The notes beneath the pieces were generated by a model. That model was not told the origin of the DNA and searched no databases. It saw only the letters and a program-made list of their open reading frames with translations. Below, in pieces: positions 26,065-38,661 of a DNA stretch of 64,000 nucleotides. Every line of letters starts with the position of its first letter. The stretch's first letter is position 1. The stretch comes from Ascidiella aspersa. Its lineage: Eukaryota. The stretch spans positions 28,582,001-28,646,000 of the forward strand of contig OZ004608.1 in the NCBI GenBank assembly GCA_963924565.1. Reading direction: 5' to 3'. The translations under genes and the position numbers were made by a program.

Positions 26065-29000
26065 ATATACACAGAACAAGTTTTGAAAACCTTATATCAG
26101 CAAACATGCTTAATAAACGCACAATCGAAAGAAATTATAGCTGTTTCGATGACCATATTATAACTCTGTAAGAACGCAACTAAAAAAACGACAACTTTTA
26201 TATACAACAACCATAAAATGTTTAAAAAAATATATATGAACGAAAACCTTAAAGTTGATAGAATATATAAGTTACACTCAAAAGCTTGAAGAACTAAATT
26301 AGCGTAATATTTACGTAAGAATCATAAATATCTAACATTCGAAAAATGCGAAATATTGTGTTATTTAAATTAAAGGATATTGATTTACATTATTTGGAAA
26401 ATAGCTAAATAAATCTGTTTTAACTAACAGCAGTTTGTTTATTTTTGTTGTGTGATGAGTTGAAAACATTTAGTTTTTTAAAACCAGTTTAACCAAATAA
26501 TGTTGCATCACAGTTAAACGTCACAGTATACGACAACAATTTTAAATATAAAAATTAACAAACGCCAATTACACACTTTTAATTATTATTGAAGTAACTG
26601 TTGGAATAGAAAAATCAATTAATATAAGGCCTTCTAAAAACTGAACAAAAAATCCCTTTATCGATTTTATCACAATATCCTATTTTTGTGTCTTGAAATT
26701 TCTATAATAAAGAAATTTACCTTTTTTGACGGTTCACCAATATTTTGCCAAACAATTCATAATTATTTACACAACCCGTAGAAGAAAAGACAACCCGTAG
26801 AAGAAAGTTTACAGGCTTTCATGGATTTGAGGATACCCGATTTAAATTAACTATAACGCTTCACCTATAAAATATCATAATGGTAGAGTTGATGTCACGT
26901 TGTGAGTGAGCAAACCCGTTTGCTGATGAGTTGAGAACTTTATCACCAACTGAACCATCCCAGTCTGTAAATTTAAGTAAAAATGAAATACCACTGCCAA
27001 GCAATTTGCAATAAACTAATCAATAAAATGTCTTACTTTTTAAGGTAAATATTACAAGAGTGTTTTTTTTACCGTTTCAATTATAGTTATTCAAAGCGTA
27101 AGCTCGATACGGGCAAATAACGATATACATTAAAAAACGTCTTTTCAGCTGATTACTGACATTTTTAATGACAATGTGGGTAATTTTATTTTAATCGAGT
27201 TTTTTTAAAGCCATACTGTCCCCCAAGTGTTAGTTCATTCGGCTAGTGTTTTGCTTGGTAATTTTATAATATTTTAGACAAAAATAAACGATATGTTTCA
27301 CACAAAAAATCATCTCTAACTTACTAAGAAAATCGTTGCAGTCATCTCTATCAAATGATGTGCTGTTCATCACACCGCCGATGCAAGCAAACTCTCCATA
27401 ACAGCTATCAACTCTACAAAATAATATATTACATTTTTTTATGATTGGAAAGAACAGACACGCCCAAATATAACATAAAAAATAAAAAATAAACTAAAAA
27501 CGTTGGTAACTCGAGGATGGTTAATCACATATAAGTGGCATTTTTTTGTTATTAAAATTATCTAAACGTGTAATATGAAACAATAGCGAAATTGCTAGAG
27601 AAAATCGTTAACTAACTTTACTCCAGGGCACATTGCATAGGCGCTTCCAGACATTCCATAGCTCCTAAACTGAAGATAGCCAGGAGTAGCTTTAGGCACG
27701 GAAGGTGGAATAGAAGAGTTCAAAGCATCTTTGCCGGTTGATATTGTGACAGGAACAACCAAACCGTCTGAAGAACTACATCCTGGAACTGCATTACAAC
27801 AGTAACGGTTGTTAAAGGGACCTCCACTTTTGGGCAATGATAATATATTTTGCAACTATACCTATATCCTCCACTTCAGACACAATCTCCAATATCTTTG
27901 TCATTGATTTTTTTAGTTGAGACTCTGTTACCAATTGACCACCAGTTCTAAGAAGAAAACGAACTATTTACGATAATTTACAGCAGGTATTTTTTACAAA
28001 CAGTTATGTATTAATACAAACCTGGAAAACATGGTGTATCCTACTAGAATATTGGACCATTTATTGCCTAATGGACGAAGGTAACTATAATAGGTAGTAG
28101 AATATCGTATATACGAGTGGCGATCAGTACTTGTGTCGGATCCAGAGTGCCATTCCTTAAAAATACACAATTTGAATTTTTTCTACCAATTTATATATTA
28201 ACAGGTACCGTAACTTTAAAAGTGTGCTAGTACACCTTGGTGTTATTTATAAGGTAAAACACATCACAGATGCTCGGTGTGGTCATATTGTAACGGCAAT
28301 CTGATCGGTATTCCATCTGGAAGTTGCCACGAGTAATATTTCCTTTGTATGTTATCCTGTAGTCTGAGTTTGGTCTGTAACTATAAATCTAAAGAGAAAT
28401 ATTTAACGTATTAAAGGCAATGCGGTTTGTGGTTATTTTTTATTGTAGTATAAATTCTGCGACAGGTGCTATACTAACAACTACGACCGCAAACAATTGA
28501 AATACGAATATCACTGTATTAGAGACAACTATAAGAAAATGTGTTGGCCTCAAGCCCTGTAAGTAACGATTCATTACATTAGTTCTTGATAGTATTTTTT
28601 TAATTGTGAATTAGGTCGGTTCGCTTAGTTAAATGACCCTATTTCCAATTTGTTGAGGCCATCACGTTAAGTAGATACATTCACTCGTTTATTTTATCTG
28701 TAAAACCTAATGCTGGAATATAACACAATCTTTGTTGTTAAAAAATAAAAGCTCTATGGGATGTTGTAAATGGAATACATAAGAACTCAACCCTTCATTG
28801 GTGTTCAATTTAACACAGACTTACCCGAATATACATAGACCAAACGTAGTCCTGTTCAATGTTTGCGATTGCTGCTATGAAAAAGAACGGATGAGATTTC
28901 CGACTTGAAATGGCGACGCTGTGCTTTGGACATCTGAATATTTTTTTGCCAGAAAAATACATTTTTTAAATATAGCCCAAAACCAGTACATTTTACTAAC

Positions 29001-32000
29001 TACCCAAATCGCTAGCAATGAAAAAAATATATTCTTATAATACTTGCATGATATTTCACACGGAGGTACAATGCGTGGTTTTATTAAATCATTTATTTTT
29101 GTTTACATAAAACGTTTATTCAATTTGTTATTCGCAGTTAGGTGACAAAAATAGCGTGTTAGTTATAAATAGACAGACGAAACTTATTGGAATTTTGACA
29201 TTTTTTAAGCAACTGAGACATTGTTATTTATTTGATAAGTCATAATTGTACATATAAACAGAAACCTGTAATCCTTAGCATATTCGATATAAACACTGCA
29301 TCCGCTTCCATCGTTGAAATATATCTATAAAACAGAACAACAATATTATTTAAAGAATATTAATAATATTACTTCAAACATGGGTTGTAATGTCTCTAAA
29401 ATTATATTCTGTAATTTCCCTAAATGTGCGCTAACTTTATGCAAATTTATTTCAATAGTCCATTCCGGGGTTTGCAAATATATTTTCGGCGTTATCTTGT
29501 ATAGTTTACGTTGGCAATATTATGGTTATTTGTTAAATTTAAAGTATATACTGTGACGTAAAAATACGAATGCTAATGTCCCCACGAAGACTTCTTAGTG
29601 ACCCCACAAAGGGTACCGAGGGCAACGAATTAGAAAAGCCGCTCTATAGAGTGCTTCTTAAACTTTCGTCACTTGCGGCACACCAACAGAGTTTAAAATG
29701 TTGGCGGCACACCTAAAACGGCACACTAAAATACACATAAAACGATGACAAACACGGGGGATAATGTATAATGCAGCCGCCGCCGCGGGTAAATAGATTG
29801 TTGCAACGAAGGCGCAAAATATTGACGTATCATCGAATTTTGGGATTTTATTCCGCTCAACATTCTGGACTTGTCTCGGTTCTCCCTCAACGTTGACTGA
29901 TCAGAGAATGTTAAGTGCTTCCAAATAGCATTAAGAAAATAAAACTTAATCTAAAATTGTTTTGGAATTTAATGTTAAAATAGTCTTCGAACACTAACCA
30001 AGGTATTTGTGCAACAACAACAAAGATAAAAATAATTACATGCGATAGGAAGGAGAAACCAAAATGGATACTATTTTACATCGTAGTGGAATGGGCTTCG
30101 GGTGTATGAATAATAATATTTTCGGGTTCCGCTTTGGACCAAACGTTGGAAACCATAGTTGTATTGTTTAGACGCTCAAATCGTCAGGCATAGTTGAGTT
30201 TCTTCAAAACTATTTACAAATTACTACTTTTGTGATTATAACGGTAAAAAAAGGTTTTAAAAAAGTTTTAAATAACGAAGGTAAGTTTAGTAGAAAGATC
30301 GCAGGCAATCAAAATACCTGCTAAATCTTTTTTTTCTGTGTGTTAAACTTTTAATTTTTGGAAAAACGCAAGGAAAAAAAAATACACCGCAGCACACCGG
30401 TTTTGAAGCACCGCATACTCATGTTAGAACAATTAGTGCGGCTCGTAACGCACAATGAATCTTTAATCAATTAATGTTTATTAGTAAATCATGTGTTACG
30501 TAGGCCAATAGCAAATGGTTATTTCATGTGTATTGTACATTCAATTAAGTCTCGAATGCTTGGCTGCGATAAAAGATGCACACATATGTGTGTTACAACT
30601 AAAATCTAGCCCTTCTGAAGCTTACGTATAATTCGTACACCGAAAGCCATCACAGTGCTTGGCTGAAGGGGAATTTGAAACACAAATATGTTATTTTGCA
30701 AAATTACGAAATGTTCTGCGGCACACTTTAAAATCTCTTGAGGTACACAGTTTGAGAATCACTGTCATTCCGCATATAGCGAGATAAAACTTACTTTAAG
30801 TTTTGCATTGCTGTTATTAAAAATGGTCAAAAAATATCTGGAGTCAATGTCAGGAAAAGTAGCGGTGGGTTATACAGACCATTGTATAGGAAAATATATT
30901 CTAGGGCTCTCATCTTCTATTTGATAATCCACAAAAAGCACAAACAACATTCCATATAAATTGTAACCTGCATTCCATAATTGGTAAACATGGCGTCTGT
31001 AAGTTCGCGGGTCCTGGTTCCATATTGATAATTGTAGAAATCAGGAATCTCGGCTGAAACTTCAGATGCTCGTAAAACCAATTTATCGAGAATTTTGTTG
31101 ACGTTAAAGTATGCTTCTGCATTAAAAAACTTTGTATCATTTTGCTTCAAACTTATCAAGGTAAACTTACTGGATTAAGGGGGTAAAATTGCTAATAGTT
31201 GCAAATTTAGTTAGATACGCCTGTCATAGAGAACAAAAAGTAAAAATACATTTAACTTTTTGTCAACAGGTATTTTGGATAACTTACCTGGTTTGGGCTT
31301 AAGTGGGTAATGTTTGGTGTATAGATTATATAAATTGCCTCCATAGAATGACAAGAACTTGTTGGTTGTTTCATATTGAATAAAGTCTTTCGTTTTGTTG
31401 ATACTAGAATGCTGCTGAACGTGACTAATCATCACATTGTCAGCCTAACAAAAACGTACATTATTAAAATACCTAATAATGATAGCGGTGATCTCATTTA
31501 AATTTCGCCTTACATTTAGTTGAAAGTAGGCGGGACTTTTGTAATCGAAACTTGTGGAATATCCGGCAGATCCGAAAACATTTTTGTTTTCCCAGTTCCT
31601 GGTATCTACAAAAATAATCGGGTAGTTCATCGGACAATCGTATATTGATAATACTTTATATAGTGTAGGACAATGATTGAATGCCATTTTAACTACCTTT
31701 AAGAACATCTAAAGTTTCTCCAGGACTGAACCACATATCTCCACTTGAGCATGTACTTTTTATGTTGTTCTCGTTGATAGATGCAACCAACGTCCAACCA
31801 CCACCACTGGACACCATATCACAATAAACCTTTTAAAACAAACGCCTGCTAAAACTAATCGCCTTTTTGTTTGTGGCGTTTTTTTGAATTTCAAGATAAA
31901 TAGCAATTTGGAGTTTTATGTTTATTAAAATAAAACAAACTTTTATCACTGACATCTACATGTAAAATCGAGTTTTAGATATTTTTACTGAGGTATTAGT

Positions 32001-32001
32001 A

Positions 32002-32564
32002 CAGGGTGGTCCGAACCCAGGCCCGCGGGCATGGAACTTTCTAAAATGCGAACTTATAAGTTATGTTTGCGTTTTAAAATAAATGTACAATAAAGTATCT
32101 CGCTCTGCTAGAAAGTATTGTTGTACAGGTTTTTACTGTGACTTTATGCTATATGCCCCGACCCTTTCCAAGATGCAGTTTTAGCCAAATTGATCTGGTT
32201 AATAGAACCTTTTTGCGCGAACAACAACGTCTATGTAATTTAGCGATTGTGTAGAATGCAGCATCTCTCTTAAAATTTTAGTAAGATACGCACGCGGTTT
32301 TAAACAATATTCGACGCTTATAAAATACAGTCTTCTAAACGTTTTTTTTTGTCAAATGCGCAAATTTTTCCCGCTGTCTTTTACGATGCTTGGTGACGTC
32401 ACTTTTAACCATTTTATGCCCCGATCAAACAAAAAATGTTGATCCGCTCCATGTAGACATGTAGCCTACTTTATGTGGCCCACAAATAATATACAAGAAA
32501 AATTATGGCCCGCGATGCAATCAACCTTGGACCACCCTGTATAAGTTAACCTTGGACCACCCTG
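32002..32564 (+). mobile_element. hAT-like MITE with a duplicated right end (also at 57302-57864)
   Basis: CAGGGTGGTCC...GGACCACCCTG, GGCCCGCG subterminal motifs, ~25-bp tandem duplication of the terminus. Related inverted copy at 51603-52261. Confidence 0.75.
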
Positions 32565-33814
32565 TATAAGAACCTCAAACACACATGTGATAATTGTGCT
32601 CCTGGTCTTCTGAAATGGTACCGATCGGCAATAAAATTAATAAACGTTAAACCAATCTTGAGTTCTCATCTAATTATGGCTCTGCGGTTAAATTTGTAGA
32701 AATAATAAGGTAGAGTATATTAAATGCAATCGTTGGGCATCTTAGGATTATTTAATTTTAATGAATAATTTTGTTTGGATTTGCAATTTAAGTTTACGTA
32801 CAATAAATGGAAGGATTGAACCCTTCGGTTGTATAGCATACAATCCACTCGATGTAGTTCCTTGTTTCTTCAAATCTAAACATGATTCAGGTGGCTGTGC
32901 GCAAGTGATGATTGCCGAGGATATTTGTTGTGTAGTAAGTTGTTGAGGAAAAGAAGTTGTCCCCTCATTTGAATTATCGTTATCTTTAAGAGCTCCTTAA
33001 AGCCATAATATCGATTAATGAAATATAGGAGCTGTTAAGGGGCGAATCCAAGGGTACTCCACGCCATTAAAAAATAATGATGTTCTTAAGGTTACTTGAA
33101 TATGACGTCACGTTTTGACGAAAATTTGTGACGTCATTTCTTAACATTTATTGTGGGTTATGGAGAAACATAAATCGCGGAGCCGCCCCATGGAGCTCTT
33201 ACATGTAGAAAAATATGTTTCAATTGTCTTCATTTTACAGAATTATAAACATAAAACTGAAAAAATTAAAAATCAACATGCTTAGAATTTTTAGCGAATT
33301 GAAAATAATTCCTGACCAGAGTATTAGTTTAAACAATAAACTAATAAAGTATGAGCATAGTTGCTTAAAAGGCCTAAAAATATTTGATTTGTTTAGTTGT
33401 TTACTTGTTCACTTGTGCCATAAACAAGCTAAAATGTGCAAATAACTGTATACATTTTCGACGCATTCATAAGACTGTATGTCGATCAAAACACAAATAA
33501 AAACTACTATACTCACTGTTTTGCGAAACTGAGTTCTACAAATAATGTAATCATGTTAATTTATAAGCTTCTGAAAAATGTTTTTATTGTGCATTAATTT
33601 AAGTACACTATTTTTTATTACTTCATGAAGGCTGTAGCTTTGCTTTTCTACACCAAATTGCTTTGTCATGTAAACGAATTGTTGCACAAAGAAATATCAT
33701 AATATTCGTAGTTTTTAAATATGTTTACTTGTTTTCCATGGATTAATATTGTATTTATAAAATGTGTTACGAATATTAAATCTTTGGAGCATAATGTTTG
33801 GAGGTTGTAGTAAG

Positions 33815-33966
33815 ACGTAATAAGAATATCAAAGCCCATACAGAAGTAGGTATCATTTTGGACGTTTCGAATAACTCTTTATTCATTTTCAACATAGAAT
33901 AAAGAGTTATTCGAAACGTCCAAAATGATACCTACTTCTGTATGGGCTTTGATATTCGTATTACGT
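33815..33966. repeat. Near-perfect 152-bp palindrome containing a minus-strand hammerhead-like motif (Penelope pLTR-like)
   Basis: ~68-bp arms with 1 mismatch and a ~14-nt loop. Minus strand CTATG-TTGAAAA-T-GAATAA(AGAG)TTATTC-GAAACGTC-CAAAATG. Confidence 0.8.
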
Positions 33967-34887
33967 AATATTGAATCTCATGTTTGAAATTACCTTGTGA
34001 TCCACGTAAAACGCTACTGAAATTCCGATTATGATCAACAGAAGGGCTGCTACAACTCCAAACATCATAGTGACCGACACTGTCTTAGGTTTTTGTGTTT
34101 CTTCGACTAAACAGAGAACAAAAATAAATCGCATTTTGTTTTTGAAGGCAATAAAAAGTAAAATTTTAAAAATTAGGTTCAAGTTCACCCTGGTAGAAAC
34201 TACTATTGTAGTAGCATTGTAAAGTTTAATGGTCCTCACCTGGTATACCCAAGCACGTTATTTGGTTAGTTTATCCGCTGGAAAAATATAATTTACTTTT
34301 GCTTGGATTCGTTTTACAAATTACCGAAAGCGTGTTTTTAAGACTTTAAAAAACAACGTCAAGCATAATCCACAGAGCAAAGTTAACGAGCTTAACATAC
34401 TTTGTATTTGCTATACATAAAAATCGTTGTACATTTATTCATTGGCACGTTTACGCATGTTAATAAATATCCTTTAGAAAAATGTTTTTGCGTCCCCTTT
34501 ACTTTTAGTTTGGAGTGTGGCTTGCGGTATGGTATTTGAAAAGACTGCAAATTTTAACCGGGTTTTTAAGTCTATCGTAGCGACTTCGTAAGCATTTTTG
34601 ATCGGGAGATTACCCTCCATTTTAGACAATATCTATGTCGCAGATATTATTTTATCGTTCGTCTTTGTTCTGTTGTTTGTATGTGTGTTGTTTTTACCAC
34701 ATTGCTTTCAATCTTGCTTTTTCGCGTTACTTTCTTTGCCTCTTCTTACTTTTGCACCTGACCTTTCGCGTTTTATTTCTTATCTTATCAAGTTTTTTGC
34801 TGACACCTTATTCTTAGTCACATTCGGCACTCGCATCAATTTTAAACCTCGTTGTGGTTGTGGATGGAACGCATGTCTGTCTTAGAC

Positions 34888-35819
34888 CAGTGGTCGGCAA
34901 ACTGTGGGCCGCCAGCTACTTTTTAGTATTTTAGTTTTATCATGTATTCGTCGGCCGCGTTCTAGTCGTACGTGTACAAACGGTCATTCATTGTATTTTA
35001 AATGTTGGAACTTTTATACTGTCTCAGCGTGGTTCAAGCCCGCGTGCCAAATGTGACCCTGAGAGTGCCTGTCAAACTATACTTTTTGCGAACTATGTAA
35101 ACGGAAATTTTTTCGCGTTTATTCTTCGTTTATGGTGTGTTTTATATTATGGCAAGACGGTGTTTTTCGGCATAAAGGCGCCTTGTAATATATTTTATTT
35201 TTTGGTGTTAAAAGCCTCACGCTGTGTGGAATTACACTCCATACAAAAATGCAATTTCTACCAAAACATATCTATTTACAGTAATTTTCTATTTAACTTT
35301 TCTATTCAAGTTGCATAATACCACACCGGCTTGATCGTGAACAACACGTTTCCTAAATTTCTTGAACTGTGACGTTACTAGTGACGTCAAATGTCAGAAT
35401 TTTTATGAGCTTTTCATAGTTTTACTTAACTCTATTGAGCCCAAAATCGATATTCCATGGTTTTCTGCGTTGTGCGAAAACTTTACAGTCAAATTTCTGT
35501 TAAATTATACGATAAACCCGTTATTCTGAGCAATATTCGAATCCATTTACGTGCCATATGCCCCACGTATTCTTTTATTTGAAGTTTTGTCAATTTAAAC
35601 CAAACAAACCCTGTATTTTTTTAGATAGGCGCAATTAAACTGCATTTTAGCTTCATATTTGCCCCCGGGTTTATTTCAAAACAGGCGCAACTTTGTGACG
35701 TCATTCCAATGCCTCCAACTTCTTGGAGCTGTCACTTTTTCCGTAGTAGTTTTACGTAGTGTGCAATAGCTCTGAGAAAAATAATTTAGGCAGTGACAAA
35801 AAAAGTTTACCGACCACTG
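34888..35819. mobile_element. hAT-like non-autonomous element (also at 60073-61018)
   Basis: TIR CAGTGGTCGGCAAACT / AGTTTACCGACCACTG. Confidence 0.75.
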
Positions 35820-36651
35820 GTCTAGATTCTAGACTCTTAACTGGTAAAACTTTGGAGCCAATCATTGTTTAAGTCTCGACAATATCCAGATCTAGTCGTT
35901 GTCCGATTCTATCGTTTGAAGCCTATTTAATAATTATTTTCCTTTGTTTTCGCTATTTTTGCATTACATTTGTTAAGGCTAGTAAATAAAATATCTTCTG
36001 CAGACTGGCGGGTGACTTTCTGCAATGTTTCTGTTACGCAATCTCAAATTGTTTTAAGGGCCAAATGAAACCATCTATAGATAAACCGTCGGTCGCGTTA
36101 CATACGATCAATGTGTTCCAAGGTTGCCTAACTTAGTAATAATATTTATTGCGTGTCCTTCGATGGCCAAACATAGTGGTTAGGATTTGTTTTATTTTTG
36201 ACATCGTGATGTCATTTAACAATAATCCTACAATAACTCACTGTTTTGTAGAGAAATTGTGCGAAACAAATGCAGCCTAATCGCGCACAGCAAAAAAAAT
36301 AGTTTCAATGAAACAACTTTTACTTAAGAAAGAGTTCTTTATTAAAATATTAAGGTCGTTTTGAATTAAAACTATCATAAAAGAAGCAACTTGGTTGATA
36401 GGTTTATATCCGAGCGGATTTAACGAACAAAAAAAATTTGCATCACGAATAGTATTTTCAATTGGCGAATATTTTATTTGGTAGTTTATTCTAAACGCAT
36501 ATATTGGTCCATTTAAGGCCAATGAACAGTGTGCCTGAAACGATTTTTTTATAAAATATTCTTTAAATGCAGCAAAATGTACCAATTTGCCTATAGTCTT
36601 TACTTTTATATATATTTTAGACTGAAGTTTTGTGTAAATATGTATAATTAC

Positions 36652-36882
36652 CTTGATTTGGTGGTAAATCGACTTGGCAACTTATCGGTCCAGTTGTCAT
36701 TCGACGAAGATTTACTTGCTCGTAACGAGGTTCATGGTTAACATACGCTTCTTCCATAATAATGATCGAACCTAGACAGCTATAAGCACAAGAATGAGCT
36801 TTCGAAAGGGAATCAATTGCTGCCGTGTTTGCTCAACATATTAGTTTTGTAGTAGGTGTAGTAGGTGTTTCCTTGTGGGCAT
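36652..36882 (-). pseudogene. Orphan TM-coding first exon upstream of intelectin copy A (disrupted)
   Basis: MPTRKHLLHLLQN*YVEQTRQQLIPFRKLILVLIAV.. ending at CAAG|GTAATT; in-frame stop plus a 4-bp deletion relative to the 61844-62078 copy. Confidence 0.45.
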
Positions 36883-38052
36883 CTCTATACACCTTTATAG
36901 TTCTACGTACAGCGAGCTTCAATAATAATTAAATAGCTTCTTCCTATAAGATGCCAAAACAGCGACACTAATACATTGGTTGAAGTGTCTCCAAGCTAAA
37001 ACTGATTGTTTTTGTAGAATCCTCGAAATATATCTTTGTAAATCCAAAAAGGTTTAGTTTCTGCTTTCACAAATGAAATTTACCAATGGCTTTTAACGCA
37101 ATTTTGTTTATCATTTTTTAACAACCTTGGTATTTATGTATGGTTCGAATGATAAAATTGATAATAGTTCCCCAACCGGGAACCATTGCAGGTTGTACAC
37201 CTATGTGCGTAATCCCTACTTCTCCAACATTTGCGTTTGGTTTCAATTTCGTAACTTGGCAGACGCCCTCAACACATGGTGTCGTTTAATAAGGTTGCTG
37301 TAATGTAGAGTCTCACACTGGTGAATAAGTTACATTCGTAGAACTAGGTTAGATGCCGCTTAAAATCAACCGTTGAAATAGGCGTTTATGTTTATTGGCG
37401 CGCTTCATGTAACTAAACCTACTGAAGCGCAATACATCACGCAGAATTATTTTGTGTTTGTTTTTTTTTTGCTTAATTATGGAGAAAATACCGATATTAA
37501 AAGAGCATGTTGTGACGTATACCAGAATACTTCACTACGTCAGTAAACAGCCGGGTAAATTGTAGTAGTAACTTGATTACCTCCCCACACTTGTCATAAA
37601 CACATGTCATAAACAACACTTGTCATAAACAATACTTAAATTTTAAATTGCTTGGTAAATCTGTTCATCAATTAACAAGCCATTTTTTAACTCATTAGTA
37701 GCTAAAACCTTAAAGCTAAACAAAATAAAGATGAACTGCTGTAAAAACATTCCTATATTCTTAATGCGTGTGAAACCAATGAAAAAATATTTAAGAAGTT
37801 AGATCCTTTAAGATATTTTTTTAGAAGATAAAGATATGACACTCATATATACCACCCGATTCGATTTGTTTTTAACGCTTGTAGCGTTCGTATTAGGATA
37901 ATTCGGGGCTTTGAAGCGTCTGTGTTAGAATATGTGTTAGAAATTAGACGCTTTAAGCGGACCGTATAAGAACAGGATACAGGCGAACAGCGAATGCGCA
38001 GCCTAATCATGCATAACGAAACGTTGCCAAGCGATGCAAACTACAGATTTTT

Positions 38053-38661
38053 CACCCCATCCGTCAGAAATCAGTGCAGTTCTAAGCAAAAAGGTCTACG
38101 GCAATCAGTGCATTCAAAGGATCAAAAAGTCCGACTTTTAGACTTTGAGGTCTTGGACAATGCACTAATTTGCATTAACAAATGTGCATAAGAAGATTAA
38201 GTTTAACAATACTTGACCCCACCAAACCCAAACGCTAACCAGCGCCCTAACCCAAATAATGTGCGATAATTTAATAATTATAACGCTTCAGGCCCCAATA
38301 CCTCAATTTGTGACGTAAAAATCTTAAATACAATGGACGAGAAACCATCCGAGTTTGGGCTTTTTCCCCCAGCATTTAAATAATTATTGAAATAACGCAC
38401 ATTATTTGGGTTAGGATTCGGGTTAGCGTTAGGGTTTAGGTGGGTCAAGTGTTATTAATCCTATCTCATATTTTTTGTTATCTTTTCTGAACTTTTAATG
38501 AATATTTTTAATTTATCTTCGCCGGGAGTTTACCTAAAGGTCCAAATCAGTGCATTGCCAGGACCTCAAGGTCTAAAAGTCTAGACTTTTCTGCCATTGG
38601 ATGCCCTGATTGTCGTAGACCTTTTTGCTTAGAAATGCACTGATTTCTAACGGATCGGGTG
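38053..38661. mobile_element. Nested palindromic MITE in the left arm, same terminal motif as the host element
   Basis: TIR CACCCCATCCGTCAGAAATCAGTGCA / TGCACTGATTTCTAACGGATCGGGTG; 7-bp TSD GATTTTT; absent from the right arm (empty site ~48555); internal CCCTAAC/GTTAGGG-rich inverted repeats. Confidence 0.88.

Larger units (their letters stand above)
26861..34620 (-). pseudogene. Intelectin-like gene, copy A (TM-anchored, large internal insertion; disrupted)
   Basis: About 16 GT-AG exons: 34559-34620, 34240-34277, 33994-34106 (TM), 33517-33535 micro-exon, 32802-32995 (PESCLDLK..SGLYAI), 31697-31829 (VYCDMVSSGGGWTLVASINENNIKSTCSSGDMW), 31514-31605 (NWENKNVFGSA..STSFDYKSPAYF), 31288-31444 (FLSFYGGNLYNLY..YPLK), insertion exons ~28.0-31.2 kb, 27618-27946 (PGYLQFR..AYAMCPGVK), ~27324-27412 (CYGEFACIGG..CNDF) and 26861-26964 (WDG..DINSTIMIFYR*). 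These match intelectin signatures. Lesions: in-frame TAA at 34271-34273, stops/shift at ~31150-31215, +1 frameshift at ~27857. Confidence 0.85.
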
